DNA of 62,521 nucleotides, filler included, from Basidioascus undulatus (Eukaryota), in the NCBI GenBank assembly GCA_000826855.1. It is 6 parts of 6 records of this genome, joined end to end, with 100 filler letters (N's around TTAATTAATTAA, not from the genome) between each part and the next. Parts side by side here need not be neighbours in the genome. Positions count along the whole stretch, not along the records: positions 48,580 to 55,501 come from JTLS01001653.1; positions 55,602 to 62,521 come from JTLS01001654.1; 4 more parts are not named here. One strand, given 5' to 3'. The notes below the pieces were generated by a model that was not told the origin of the DNA, ran no database searches, and saw only the letters and a list, made by a program, of their open reading frames with translations. The translations under genes and the position numbers were made by a program. Below are positions 49,897 to 62,521 of the stretch, one piece after another. Positions within the stretch are counted from its first letter, which is position 1; each line of letters begins with the position of its first letter.

Positions 49897-52378
49897 ATGG
49901 CAGCCTGGCAGTGCACCCAGACCCTCATCCAGTCCAAGAAAGCCGCCCAAGCGGACCTCATCCCGCCGGCCTGGCGTCTCGCTTCGCCCACCGCCAACAC
50001 GGTCCTCGACGTCCGCTTCGTCCCGGAGGCCAGCGCAATCCTCACGCCCCTCGAGCTAGAGATCACCGAGCTGGGCGCGGCGGACGTGGGCGCCCTGCTG
50101 CGCAAGCTCGCGAGCGGCGAGTGGTCCGCGGTGCAGGTCGTCACGGCGTACGCGAAGCGCGCAGCAGTGGCGCATCAGGTCGTGCGTTGGCGTGAGCTTG
50201 GATGGAGTGGCAGTGAGGAGGTTTCTTATGAAAGGGAGGGGAGGGGGACAGACCAACTGCCTTACGGAAATCTTCTTTGATATGGGCATCGAGCAGGCGA
50301 AGGAGCTCGATAGGTACTTCGCGGAGCATGGGAAGCCTGTCGGTCCGCTGCATGGGCTGCCGATCTCGCTCAAAGACCAGGTAGGCTCCATACGGTCGAG
50401 AAAAAACAGAACGGAATAATCTACTGACTAAGGTGTTCTACAGTTCGATGTCGAAGGCGTCGAATGCACCATGGGTCTGTTCAAGCTCTATCGCTGCCCG
50501 CGGCAGCACAGCACATTCTGACAAAACCTTCAGGTTACGCCTCCTGGCTCGGCCGCTTCTCCTCCAAAGACGCAGTGGTAGTCTCGATTCTTCGTTCCGC
50601 GGGCGCGTAAGCTAGATTGCCTTCTGAATCCGCCTTGTCCGAAACTGAAACGTGTCCTGATGCTCAGCGTCTTCTACTGCAAGACCAACGTCCCCCAGAC
50701 GCTGATGATGGGCGAGACGAGCAACCACATCTTTGGGACTACATCAAATCCGTTCAACCGCTCGCTGTCGTGCGGCGGCTCGAGCGGCGGGGAGGGCGCC
50801 CTGCTGGGGATGAAGGCGTCGCCGCTCGGCGTGGGGACTGATATCGGTTCGTGCCACTGTCTGCCCTTGCGTTTCAGACATACTAAACGATACTCTCAAA
50901 AAAGGTGGATCAATTCGTATCCCGTGCGTCACTTCATGCGCGAAATCAGTGAGAGCTGAAAGCGACTGACGCTGCGTCTTTCGTAGAGCCGCATGCCAGG
51001 GACTGTATGGTCTTCGGCCGACAATGCGTCGGCTGCCATACTACGGAACGAGTGGGTTCTTCCAAATCCAGCTTATGAGCAACTCTTCTAACCCTGCTCT
51101 ATTGTCGCAGCCAACTCGATGGAAGGCCAAGAGGCAATCGAGTCCGTCCTCGGTCCGATCTCGCATTCGCTCGCCGGCTGCGTCGCTTTCACGAAGGCCG
51201 TCCTGGGCGGGAGGCCCTGGGAACTGGACCCCAAGACGCCCGAAATTCCGTGGAACGAGGACCGCTTCCGCCTTGCGGATCTGGAGGGAGGAGGGCGCAA
51301 GCTCTGCTTTGGGTTTATGGAATGGGACGGGGTCGTTCGCCCGCACCCGCCCGTGCAGCGCGCACTGCGGGAGGTCAAGGAGGCGCTGGTCCAGGCGGGG
51401 CACTCTGGTAAGTGGAATAAAAATTGGAGGCCTTGAGGAATCAGAGTATTGAGGAAACTTTGCGCTATTTGATGCAGTCATCGAGTGGAAGCCGCTCAAC
51501 CACGACAAGGCTATCGAGATCATCAGCAAGCTGTATTCAGCTGTAAGTCAGGACTGCAACTATAGCCGGTAAATCAGGAGTTTTTGTATTTACGGTCAGC
51601 TTCAGGATGGCGACGCCGACTTCACCGCTGTTACTAAAGAAAGCGGAGAGGTATCGCATCCACCTTGGTCTTTCCCGACGTCCAGCAACTGACGGCACAC
51701 CTGGTTCCGCAGCCGAGGGTTCCCGGTCTTGTCACTATGGAAGGAGCTGGGCTATCGGTGTACGAGAACTGGCAGGTAGATCAGCTTTCTTGACCTGGCT
51801 TCTCAGGATCCAGACACACCTGACGCGTGAACGGTTCCCAGCTGAACAAGCAGCGCGACGACCTTCGCAAGGCCTACCTCGAAAAGTGGATGGCCACTGC
51901 ATCCGCCACCGGTACGGGACGGCCTATCGACGGTGTCATCTGCCCTATCCTTCCCCATGCAGCGCCGGTGCATCGCGAGGTCAGTAATCCTTGTCGCTTA
52001 TTGCCAGTAGATCGGGTCAATGCCTGACTTCGAGTCGGAGGACAGTTCACCTACCTCAACTATTCGTTGTTCGTCAACTTCTACGACCTTCCCTCTTGCG
52101 TCTTCCCCGTCACCTCCGTCGACCCTGCGCTCGACCCCGTGGACTCTGCATACAAGCCAAGCAACGAGCTGGACGAGATCAACTACAAGCGTTGTGAGTC
52201 TTTATTTAACCTACATCCTGAATGTACTGGAGGTTCTTACTACTGTTGACTGAGCGCAGACATGCCTGAGCGTTATGCGAACGCTCCCATCTGCTTGCAA
52301 CTCATCGGACGGCGCTTCCGCGATGAACAGGTGCTGGGCCTCGTCGATGTCGTCGCCGCTGCGTTGGGCCGAAAGTAA
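49897..52378 (+). CDS. Amidase-signature family enzyme (acetamidase/general amidase), multi-exon
   Basis: [66 protein letters not shown]. Confidence 0.92.
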
Positions 52379-52739
52379 GCTTTCAGGAGCCAGATAGGGC
52401 AGTACAGGTATCCGAAACGTCCTTGATACTTAAAGCTGCTGCTGTACTTCACGCTGCTACACTGGTTGAAGGATGAGCAGCTGAAACGACTGTGCGAAAG
52501 TGACCGTGTGTAGGGGACTGTAGCCTGGCTCTAATTGTCAAGTTTCAACTACACTGAAGTCTCCAGAAGCTTCTACGAGCAGTAGAGATCAGATTCATTG
52601 TGTCTCAAGAAGAAATGCGTTAGCATTGATGGCTATTGCGATGGGCTTCAGACAGCCACAACGCCGCTTTCGCACCCCCTAGAAACAGAACGACCTTCCG
52701 ATAGAATACAGAAACGAGCAAGTACATTGCTAAATTCAA

Positions 52740-53477
52740 TCATGACCTGCCGCGCAAGGCCACGCTGGCCGCCTTGCACGCCTTCCGCAGCCGCCTCGCA
52801 GCAGGCTCAACTATGTCGTGGGCGACCTCGGTGACCTCCAGGGCGGGCATGGCGTCTTTGCGCTCCAAAAGCTCCAAAATCTTGTCCGCGAAGTCTAGAG
52901 TACTCGTCCAGGCCGAGCTTGAGCGAGCTGAGCGATGGCCGAAGAACGTCTGCAAGTCGCACTGGCTGTGCAGCATCAGACCGCCGGTAACCGATCAGTA
53001 GAGTGAGCGGAAGGTCAACGCTTCTGTGCGCCCTGCAAGCGGCTAGAAAGCCCTCGGTCCGACGCAGCGGACACGGAGGTCTGGCAGACCGCTGCTAGAG
53101 GACCAGGTGTCCACCAGCGAGATCCACAATAAGGAACGTACTCGAGTTCACCATCTTCATTATATTCCAACCTGGTCTTTGACATCGCTTTTGTGTCACT
53201 CCAGAACGAGCTCGCGGACGTGTGCCCCGCGCGCAGGGCGAGCAATGAGCGAGCACAAAAGGAAGCAGAGGGAACTCTTCCTATCGAAATTGTCGCTCTC
53301 AGCGTGGTAGAGGTACGGGTAAGTGATTTCGTGCAGACGTCGACAAATCCGCGAAAGAGGAACGAGGTGGGTCGCTGAGCCGTCCGAGTTTGACGACGGT
53401 GGCGACGAAGGATCGCGAGGGACGAGCGGGATGATCTTGAGAAGCACCTCATTGCGGAGATCGAGTAGACCAGCCAT
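52740..53477 (-). pseudogene. F-box protein pseudogene
   Basis: LLDLRNEVLLKII...LSRICRRLHEITYPYLY...GAHVRELVL then several in-frame stops. Confidence 0.55.
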
Positions 53478-54425
53478 TGCTGCGCGTTTTGAGGCTGTCA
53501 CGACATTATGCTTTGATAGGTGCCTCAATGAAAGGGCTCGGGAGGGGTTGATGGGCAGAGTCAAGGAGGCGCTCAGCGAACGATTGCATGCCGGGCTCCG
53601 GAAGTAACTTGGAGTCACTGGAACCAAAACAGGGGAGGTGCATTTGACAGTTTAAGACTATTTCCATGACCCTTGTTTGGCAAACTCACTACTCACTCTG
53701 TGCCATTGTGCGTCGTGGAACTGTGCAATGTTGGCGCACGGTGCCATTAACTGTCATACATACTATGCATACCGTCGACTCCCCCAAGTTGGCGCGAACC
53801 CAGCAAGGTAATATGAGCGAATACTGTTGCCACCTCGAACATGACATTCGAAAAAGAAACTTCTCGAAAGACTGTGATGTGGGCGCTTCTTGTTTCGTAT
53901 GGTTGTTATGCTTTTGTTGCGTCTGTGCAGCTGGGTGCCACGGTGACCTGCTACTGCCTGCCACCTGCCTCCGTGCCGTTGTCTCCTTTCGACCCACCTT
54001 TCTCCACTGTCCTTCCCTTGTTAGATCCTGTAGTCAATTGCATCCTTGGCCTCCAAAGCTCGGCCTGGGTGCTAAGTCCAATTCGCCCAGCCTCTGGACG
54101 ACCTGCGATGATGAGCGGCGCTGTTGGTGATACTTCCTCGACTGCATCTTCCTCCACAGATACATTTAAACATGTCTAAATCCTTGCTACATCTGTGCTC
54201 CATTATATGGCGACAGAGACTGTTGAGCGTGTAGCCCGCGACCATCCAAAGTCTGACTTCAGAGTACTAAAAATTGCGTACATGAAGGGCAATCGGGCAC
54301 TGTACCGGGACAGATTTAGTACATTACCTATCGATTTTGTGGCTACCTTCACAGTTGCGGGTACTCAGACGTCTCCATCAAAAATATCTGCTCGCACTGC
54401 AGGGCAGAGAAAAACAGCAAAACAT

Positions 54426-54504
54426 TGACAAGAGTGGGATTCGAACCCACGAACCGAAGACTAGCACCTGAAGCTAGCGGATTTGACCACTTTCCTATCT
54501 TGCC
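54426..54504 (-). tRNA. tRNA-Leu(CAG)
   Basis: GGCAAGA/TCTTGTC acceptor, A73, CTAGC TT CAG GT GCTAG, GGTTCGAATCC B box, short extra arm. Confidence 0.88.
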
Positions 54505-55501
54505 ATCTCTCTCTACCAGATGGGTTTCAAAATAAATAAAGCTTCATTCACTGCAATTACCCTGGGTTGAAAGGAACAACTATCTCAAACCACAGAAGGC
54601 AATCGGCCAGTAGTGGATGTCCTCCTGCCTGGAAGACGATACCACGCCACTACTTACTATACACTCAGATATCTCCAGAACAATACAGTTTCTCGCCCTC
54701 GTCACTTTGCAGTGCTTGAAAGAATAGAATCTGCCCATATTTCCCCCTTTGTTGGGAGTATCGTCCGAACTGCAATGGCAACCGATGCGCCAGGTACTCA
54801 TTGTTTCATGCCTGCTTTCCACATCCGCAGCGCAACTTCTCCAAGCCATTTGCAATAAGTGATCCCCCCAAATATTATTCCCTGGTTGGTCTTTGAATTT
54901 CTGCATCCCGGATCTCCCTGACTCGAGCACCCAAGGGATTGCGCCCGACTGCCAGCTCGCAGCCTCAGCCGCCCGTGGCGTATGGACAAGGTCAGCCCGT
55001 TCGATTGTGGCTCAAGATAGACAAGCAAGAAAGCATAGTAAAGTATAAAATGCATAACCTAGGTGTTGATCTGCAGCTCCATGAGCGTCCCAAACCCGAC
55101 CAGCAAGCACCAGGCGAAGACCGCCCAGATCGCAGCCAGCCCCTTCGTTTCTCTGTCCGAAGAGCATATTATATCAGCCGCGCAGTTCTCGGTAAAAATG
55201 CTTTAAAGGGCCACCTTCGCGCCTCGCCAGCACGGCCCAGTCCCCCTTATCCACGACTCTCCCCGCCCCGCCCTCTATATCCGCCAACCCAAGTATGACC
55301 TCCTCCGGCACAGGGGGAGCGGGCCGCGGGCGGAACAATAACCAGAGGGGAAATACGAGCCAGGAGGGGAAGAAGAGGCGGATGATGAAGTAGTGTAGGG
55401 CGCGTGTTTGGGGGCGGAGCGCGCATGCGGGCGTGAGCTCGTGCGAGTATGCGGGCGGAAGGCTCAGAGAGACGGCGGAGGAGCCTGACGGGGAACGGTC
55501 A

Positions 55502-55601
55502 NNNNNNNNNNNNNNNNNNNNNNNNNNNNNNNNNNNNNNNNNNNNTTAATTAATTAANNNNNNNNNNNNNNNNNNNNNNNNNNNNNNNNNNNNNNNNNNN
55601 N
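55502..55601. other. Artificial contig spacer
   Basis: N44-TTAATTAATTAA-N44. Confidence 0.98.
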
Positions 55602-56206
55602 CCCCACCAAAACGTTTTCTATATCTTCTCCCGACCCCGAGTTTCGCTTCTCTCACCGAGGACGTTCCATGCACAGGACCGGCGGCGACCCGATTCGAGC
55701 AGCGGACGTCGCAATTGAAGAGGCGAAAGCATTCTTGGAGAGCTTGGGGGACAAGGGCGCGTGGTACGTTATCAACCCGCCCACGGGCCCCGCGCTCGCG
55801 GAGGTGTGGGCAAAGACGGCGCATGTGCTGGGGTTCGTGTTGGGATGTCTTGCTGTGCGTTTTCCTTCTTCTTTTTATGAGGAAACATGCTTATTTGAAA
55901 TCTTTGGATGGTGTGTTTGTGTATCTTCCAGTGCACCAAACCCTCTCCCTCCGATCCGTCTTCCCTCCGCACAAAAGCCACTGCTCTCCGCCGCGCGTGC
56001 GAGGATCTCGAGTCCAGCAAGCTGGGGAAGCGCACGCTGGGGAGGGACGCCAAGAGCAAGTTTGCGGGATGGGACTGGAGCAGGTGCATCCGCGAAGATC
56101 AAGAGGTGTGATAGGAATGGAGGCTGACGGATGGATGCGGGTTCAAAGGTACTTGGAGCAGGACCAGGCCAGCGCATTCCAGAAACTGAGGAGGGACTCG
56201 GGATGA
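55602..56206 (+). CDS. 3' fragment of a hypothetical protein
   Basis: Exons …EVWAKTAHVLG|…WDWSRCIREDQE|…RRDSG* with canonical introns. Confidence 0.4.
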
Positions 56207-56709
56207 TGCTGTGATTGTTGAGACTCGATAGGGAGGGTGGGGTTCGGCGAGCGAGAAAGGGTTGGAAGGGGTATGTATTTGCCCTGGACGCTTGCGGCTT
56301 GAGAAGTCGCTAGACGACTGACCGTCCGTCGTGGGCGGGCGTTGCCCGAAATATTCTTTTATGTAATCTCTGGTACATTTCCATCTACATGTACTTTGAC
56401 TTTTTCTGAGAGTTAGTGCTATCGAAGCTCAACACTCGCCCTTCGCCAGCAGCGGCTGCAGACTTCGACTCCTTCCGAGGGGGACTTTGAAGTCCTGCCG
56501 CTAGACACATGTACGCCAGGCTGTAATACCCGTCTCAATGCCCCGTCTCCAGGGAAAACAAAATCCGCACAGCGACAACGCGGCTTGACCTCGGTCCCTG
56601 ATCAGGTTAGGTACGGGCATCTCATGCAACTCGCGCTCATCCGCCTCCCCTTCCGCTCTCATCCCTCCTCCCTCCCTTTCCCCTTTACCTCCCTCCAACT
56701 CACTCAAAA

Positions 56710-58907
56710 ATGTCTAGCGGACGCCGTCTCTACCTCGGCCGCCTGGCGCCCGATGTCCAGCGCCGCGACATGTGGGTCTTATTCCCCCGCGAAAAACCAA
56801 AAGTCACGCGGAGGCTGACGCGTCCCTTGGGATGGATGGGAAGCGAGGACCTCTTCCGCGGGTATGGGACCATTGTGGACTTGCGCGTCATGCAGGTGCG
56901 TTTGTGCGGGTGTGTGGAGGGGAGATGGGAGAGGGTGCTGATGCTGCGTGGTGCTGGATAGGGCTTCGGCGTGAGTCGCGTTCTGCCGCTTAAGAGCCGC
57001 CAGGAGGGGCGGCCCGCTGACTGATCTTCCACCCGTGCAGTTCGTCGAGTTCGACTCGTCGCGTGTGCGTCTTCCTCCCTCTTCTCTGTCAATCCGCTCA
57101 GACTCTGACCTGGCATTCTTGCGTGTACAGGACGCGGACGACGTCCTGCGGCACTTCCACGGGCGCGACTTCATGGGTGCGCAGCTGATCGTCGAGCCCG
57201 CGAAGGACCCGCGCCCGCGCGACTCCGGCGGCTACGGCGGCGGCGACCGCTACGTCCCGGGCGGCGCCTACGGCGGCGGCGACCGTTACGGGGGCGGTGG
57301 TGGGTACGGCGGCCCGCCCCCGCCCCGCCGCGGAGGCGGCGGGTACAGGGTCTTCGTCAAGGGCATCAACCGCGAGACGAGCTGGCAGGTTCGTACTACC
57401 ACCACCACAGGGCTCTTGGTCGCTTAGGTCGTGGATCGTGGATCGTGGAGCAAGAAGAGGACGTGGCGCTGTTCGGCGGATCGGGCTGCACGCTCAAGGC
57501 GAGGCGTTCTGACGTGGCCGAGGTTGGGGCGCAGCGGCCTCGCTCTCGTAGATCAGAGCCGGCTGCGCGGTCGGTATTCGTTCGGACAAGGGCTCGTTCG
57601 ATGACGGACTAGGGCTCTTTCGGTGGACGCGGGAGGAGTTCCGCTCGCTCGAGGCGTTCGCGGAACGGGACGGGACTGGCGACCCGTCGTGGCTGGGCGG
57701 CGCAGGTTTCTCCATCGTGTACTGGTTTACGGATCGTTCTCGAGGACGTTGGGTACCCCTGCCTCGCTCGAGGCGTTCGCGGACAAGCTCGGATCGTGGT
57801 GGGCGGCGCCGATGGTCGTAGTCCGGGTTTCTCCTCACGGCGGGTCGGGTTTCGAAGTTCTCGTTCGCGTGGCACGACGTCTATTCGTCTCTCTGAGTCG
57901 TCCATCTCACACCTCGCTCGCTCGGCGCGTCTCCCCAATAGGACCTCAAGGACTTCGGCCGTGAGGGCGGTCACGTCCTCTTCGCCGACGTCGACCGCGA
58001 CCACCCTGGCCAGGGGTACGTTCATCCTTCCTCTGCCGACCAGGTTCAACCGCCGCTGACAGACGTGTGACGTGTGCAGTATCCTCGAGTTTGGCTCGCG
58101 CGCCGACGCTGAGGACGCTGCCAAGGTGCTCGACGGCAAGGAGCTCCGCGGTACGATCGTCCAGGTCGTCGAAGATGTGCGTGTCTCAGCCCTTTTCATC
58201 AGCGCCCAGCCGACTTACTGACTTGCTGGTGGACCCCGATGCAGGACCGCACTGCTGGTGGCCGCGACGAAGGCTACTCGCGTCGCGACCGCGATGACTA
58301 CGGCAGCAGCCGCCGCGACCGTTCGCGCTCGCCGCTCCGGTGAGTCTACAATCGTTTCTGTGAGCGTGAGTTTCGAAGCTATGTCACTGACATGTGATAC
58401 GGGCTACGTCGAAGCATGGGCAGCTCCCGCCGCGACGAATACGACGACCGCCGGAGCAGCCGCCGCGACGACCGCGACCGCGACTACGACCGCGACCGTG
58501 ACTCGCGCCGGGACGACCGCGACCGCCGCAGCGATGACCGCGATCGCCGCGTACGTGTCTCATCTTGCTCATTCATATCCCAGCGTCCCTCATTCCCTTG
58601 GGCGCACATCACTGACTTAGGTCGGTGATGTGCGTGATGAACCGCAACCGCAGGACGACCGCGACGACCGCCGCCGCGTGTGTATCTTCCTCTATCCTCC
58701 CCCTCCTCTCCGATCGACCGGGCCGCTGACTCGTGCGTGCCTTCGGGTGACAGGATGACCGCCCCGTCGACGACCGGGACGATGACCGCCGGGAGGAGAA
58801 GCGCGACGATGGCGGGTGCGTTTCGCTTTTCTCCTTCCCCTTCCTCTATCTTTGAAAGCTCCTCGGCGCTGACGTTCCAGCTGCCTCCTTGCAACAGCTG
58901 GAACTAA
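56710..58907 (+). CDS. Two-RRM SR splicing factor (SRSF4/5/6, Srp2/Npl3 group) with RD/RS tail
   Basis: RLYLGRL, GFG|FVEF (RNP1), SWQ|DLKD pseudo-RRM signature, RDRDYDRDRD tail. Confidence 0.9.
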
Positions 58908-60216
58908 TGGGCCATCCTGACCTCAAACTGAAGTGTGCGGACTTCAAAAGCCCGATAATGAGCGGCTAGGTTTATCTGGTGTGTGTGATGGCTTTGTAGT
59001 TTGTGGGGACGAGCGACGATGTTTGTGGTGGGACGCGGATATTCGGGTTGTACTTAACAGACAAGACAGTCGTCCGTTGTGTGCTTGACGAAAGATCCTT
59101 TTCGATTGAACGAGTGTGGGGCCTTGCCTACTATCGACCAGCCTGACCAGCCCGAGCAAGCCTAAACTCTTGGTCGCGGGCTGGTGCAATTACGTCTTCG
59201 CTTCCTCCTACCGCCTCATGCTACTCTCACATCGCACATCACGCATCGCATACCGAATGCACGCTCCTTTGTAACGGCGATGTCGTTCGATTCTTTTGGC
59301 ACAACCTCCTCAACCTGCCTCTGGGCGCTGCTCAACGTGCGGCCGCATCGCCGTCTTCGCAACCTGTCAGTCCTTTCTGAAAATCGTCGACTTCGACTGT
59401 TCCGACGTTAGGCTTCAGGTCTCCTCCGGTGACCTTAACGAAGTATCGATGTTAGATGTTCGCGGTACCAACCGTGCAAGCTTGGAAAAAGGGGTTGAGG
59501 CTCTTGGAGTCCATGGTCGGCTTTGAACGTTTGAACCTCGAAGTGCCACTCAGGTACCTACCACAGTCAGACTTGGCCAGACCGCCAGCTCCATCTACTG
59601 TTTGCACTATCAGCTCTTGCCATATCCCCTGTTCAATTATTTCGACGCAGCAGTACGCCAAGACTGGCCACTGGAACACCAGACTGCGAGCAGGCACTGG
59701 CAAGAGCAGGCAGCCCTCGCAGAGTTACCGCTCCGTTCCACTGGCATGTTCCCGTCGGAGGTCCCGATCGTCTGCCGATCGGCTGCGCGTATCGATCGTA
59801 TACCGCCCACTGTATCCCAAAACTCGTCCACACACGAGCATCAGCGGTAACCGGAAAAGACACGTACCTAAGTGGACATCACGGCGACAACGAGGCGTCG
59901 ATGCGGCAGCCCCCTTGAAACGGGACAACCTGGTTGCAACTACGCCGCCTGTTCGTCTGAAGCGCTGAACCCCGGTTCCACCTCCAGGAACATGAAGGAA
60001 ACAGGAACTCCTCCTCTTTGAACTTATACAGGCGCTGTTTGCCTCTTTCTTCTGCACCCACTGCATCCACTCTCTCTTTCTCGTCTTCCTCAGTCCAACC
60101 TAAGACGCTCTTTCAGACCCATTCACTCCTTTGCACTAATATAGTCCCGCTTTTACACCCCCATCTCCCCTTCATCCCGCTTTCTACATCCGGTCGTCCA
60201 AACGACAGTCAAGGGC

Positions 60217-62177
60217 ATGAAGTCTTTCTTTGTCGGTGGCTGGGACTGCTTACGTTGCGCTTTGGCGTGAGCGACCATTATACACTTTGTAACCCTTGGC
60301 TGCTAGACTGACTTGAAGCGCGTCTGTAAATCCCTCGATGTGAGGCTTCAACCAAACAAGGGGTGCTTTCTCGGCGCAGAACCCGCTTCGAGGTGCGCAT
60401 TCCTCCTTCCTTGCTCTGAGTTCCATCTGCCTGATTGTTCATCCCCAAGAGGCGTTTTCTAGACCTTAATCAGGAAGACTGGTTTTTCCACGGTTTCAAA
60501 GACGTGTGTTGGACTTTTCACGAGATTTACGGTCGACAGTTCACTCTCCGTTTTCAGTATCCGCCCGAGGAAGGACAGTTCCTGGAACTACCTGCTGGCG
60601 GGTTGGCCCACACTGAACATTCGTATCAAAAGGCGGTGAGTCAACCACTCGTTCCCCATTGGAACCCCTTCGTCCACACCGCTCTGACTTCCTGATGATC
60701 ATCAACAGTACACGAGCTAGTGAGTCGTCCGATTGCCCTCCGCACATCAGGCTCGCTCGTTTGACATCCATGTGTCCGAATCTTAGTGGCGCGTACGCTG
60801 TTAAGTATTCACTACACGGGTCCTCGTCGCTGCCGTGCGTGCTCTGACAGACCTATACACTGATGCAAGCAAGGACATCGCATGCTCGCGCGCCTCGTCG
60901 TCGCTGCAGTGGCATGCAAACAGCACCGAAGATACCCGTGGCTGCGCTCTCTCTACATTTTGGAGCGCAGATACCGCCTCATATACAAGCACTGGTGATC
61001 TTTCGTTTCGAAGACAGCATTGCCTACACGCCCGATGCCGACACGTCCGTCTGCCCGTGGCATCTTAGTCCACACTTGTAGATTTGCTGGAGGTCCCAAA
61101 AGACATGCCGGCGCGAGTGAACGGCACTATAAAAATGTTGGGTTCATCGACATTCTGACACAAGGAGCACAGCTGCCCCGACGGCGGCTGCAAGCTCGTG
61201 GGGCTGGATTCACTCGCAGGTGAGCGAATAAGCTCCATGCACTCCTCAACTACAACTCTGTTTGACCTTGGAGCGTTTCAGTACTCGGGTGAGGAGAAAA
61301 TCTACCAGATCATGTTCCACTGCAACGTCACGCGCAACGGCGACGTCGCCCGTTGCCAAGCCGCAGGTTCCCAAAAGCTGCGACCAAGCGTGGGTCTTGC
61401 CCGAACAAATGGGACGAGATTGCAGACTCAGAGTACCTTCTGGACAGGAACAGTGGCGCGAGCAACTGCGTTGCGGGTGCGAAGCAGAACATCTACTGGT
61501 AGCAGGCGGAGGGAAACAATGGTGCACATTGCTTGACGTAGTCTTTTGCCTTGCATTACCCGCTGCTAACTTGGGTCTGCCAAAGTCTTTACGTCCACCT
61601 CCCAGTACGGGCTGTTTTCCTCGACATACCTGTCCGGAAGCTGAGCTGCTCCTCTTCCTCATCAGCGACCCGCCTTTCTACAAGGAGAAATACGGCGTGC
61701 GCACTGTCCTTCTCATTCCCCAATACGCTCCACATCTGACCCGAATTCAACCGCAGTTCTTTGAAGGCGCGCAGAATGACATCTTCGGGGACTCCGACAC
61801 GTCGGGCGCTGGTGCTTCGTCCTCTGCCAGCACCAGCAGCGCAACGACTTCGTGAGTCCTCTCACTCAGCAATCTTGACCGCGAACCTCTATTAATCCTC
61901 AATTACAGGGTTTGCATCTCCTACCCCCAGCGCCAACAACCTCATTGCTAACCCTTCTGGTGGCGAGACGTACGTCCTGCCTTCCTTGTGTAGTTTCATT
62001 CACACTCAAGCTCTCCGAAGCAGCTCCACTGCTTCCACATCTTCCACCTCTTCCACAACGACTACATCTGCCGCCCCGTCCACTACTGACCACGCCAGCG
62101 TTAGCCGCCCGTCGAGCTGCAGTGCCAAGAGGCACAAGCGCAGGGGGGACCGTCGCTCGCGGAGCAGGCTCGAGTAG
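60217..62177 (+). pseudogene. AA14-family lytic polysaccharide monooxygenase, inactivated
   Basis: Signal peptide; PSM*GFNQT (TGA 60341-60343), DWFFHG, YPPEEGQFLELPAG, TRGCAL, CPDGGC, SGEEKIY..FHCNVT, PPFY..GAQNDIF, Ser/Thr tail; frameshifts present. Confidence 0.75.
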
Positions 62178-62521
62178 TGCTGTGTCTTTGGGCTTTCATT
62201 CTTTTTTCTGTCGGGCTCTGCAGTCTGGCCGAGCTTCAATACTTTAGCCTAGTGCTGTGCGCTTGGGAAGCATGCATAATACAACTCCAACTGTCATTTT
62301 GTGAATGAATGAGCGGGGCGCACAGACGATTTGAAGTCGAAGCGTGTCAAAGGCGAGGAGGGTACAAGAGAGGATATGTGCACATCACTGCGAAAGTTAT
62401 AGGTTGATTCTGGTGTGTGGACATTGACAGTCGCTCCAAGTCGTCTAAACAGACGCATGCATGCTCCTTGCAGCTCGGATGCACTCATCAGGCACAGGCG
62501 GTCAGAATGAAAATGTATCAG

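Noticed and set aside
54426..54504. tRNA-Sec(TCA) or CUG-reassigning tRNA
   Set aside because: The 7-nt loop register gives CAG, there is no long Sec arm or G3:U70, and CTG occupies conserved Leu positions in Rho2 and DSK2.
27405..55601. TTAATTAATTAA recurring about every 7.02 kb
   Set aside because: Synthetic six-frame-stop spacer inside N runs. The contigs are simply ordered by length (6927, 6924, 6924, 6922, 6920 nt), so it is not a repeat array and no cross-gap gene cluster can be inferred.

Overview
Intron-rich, GC-rich eukaryotic DNA from a basidiomycete-like fungus (short GT/GC-AG introns with CTGAC/CTAAC branch points). The window is an artificial concatenation: a 27.4-kb contig plus five ~6.9-kb contigs joined by identical 100-nt N44-TTAATTAATTAA-N44 spacers, so adjacency across gaps means nothing. 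Recognisable genes are SYO1-like, a 5'-only DUS2 fragment, a bicistronic-type MOCS1 (MoaA+MoaC), DSK2, BTB and F-box proteins, a multicopper oxidase, pyroglutamyl peptidase, SQS1, mitochondrial uS15, Rho2, SFT2, an amidase, an SRSF4/5/6-type SR protein and a decayed AA14 LPMO. There are five conventional tRNA genes. The stand-out observation is a circularly permuted tRNA-Thr(CGU) gene at 4497-4576. Its 3' half precedes its 5' half, the break is exactly at 37/38, all four stems pair, a surrogate A box lies upstream and a T5 terminator downstream. I know this architecture from some unicellular algae and one archaeon, but not from fungi. All protein calls rest on motif recognition by eye; no database searches were run.
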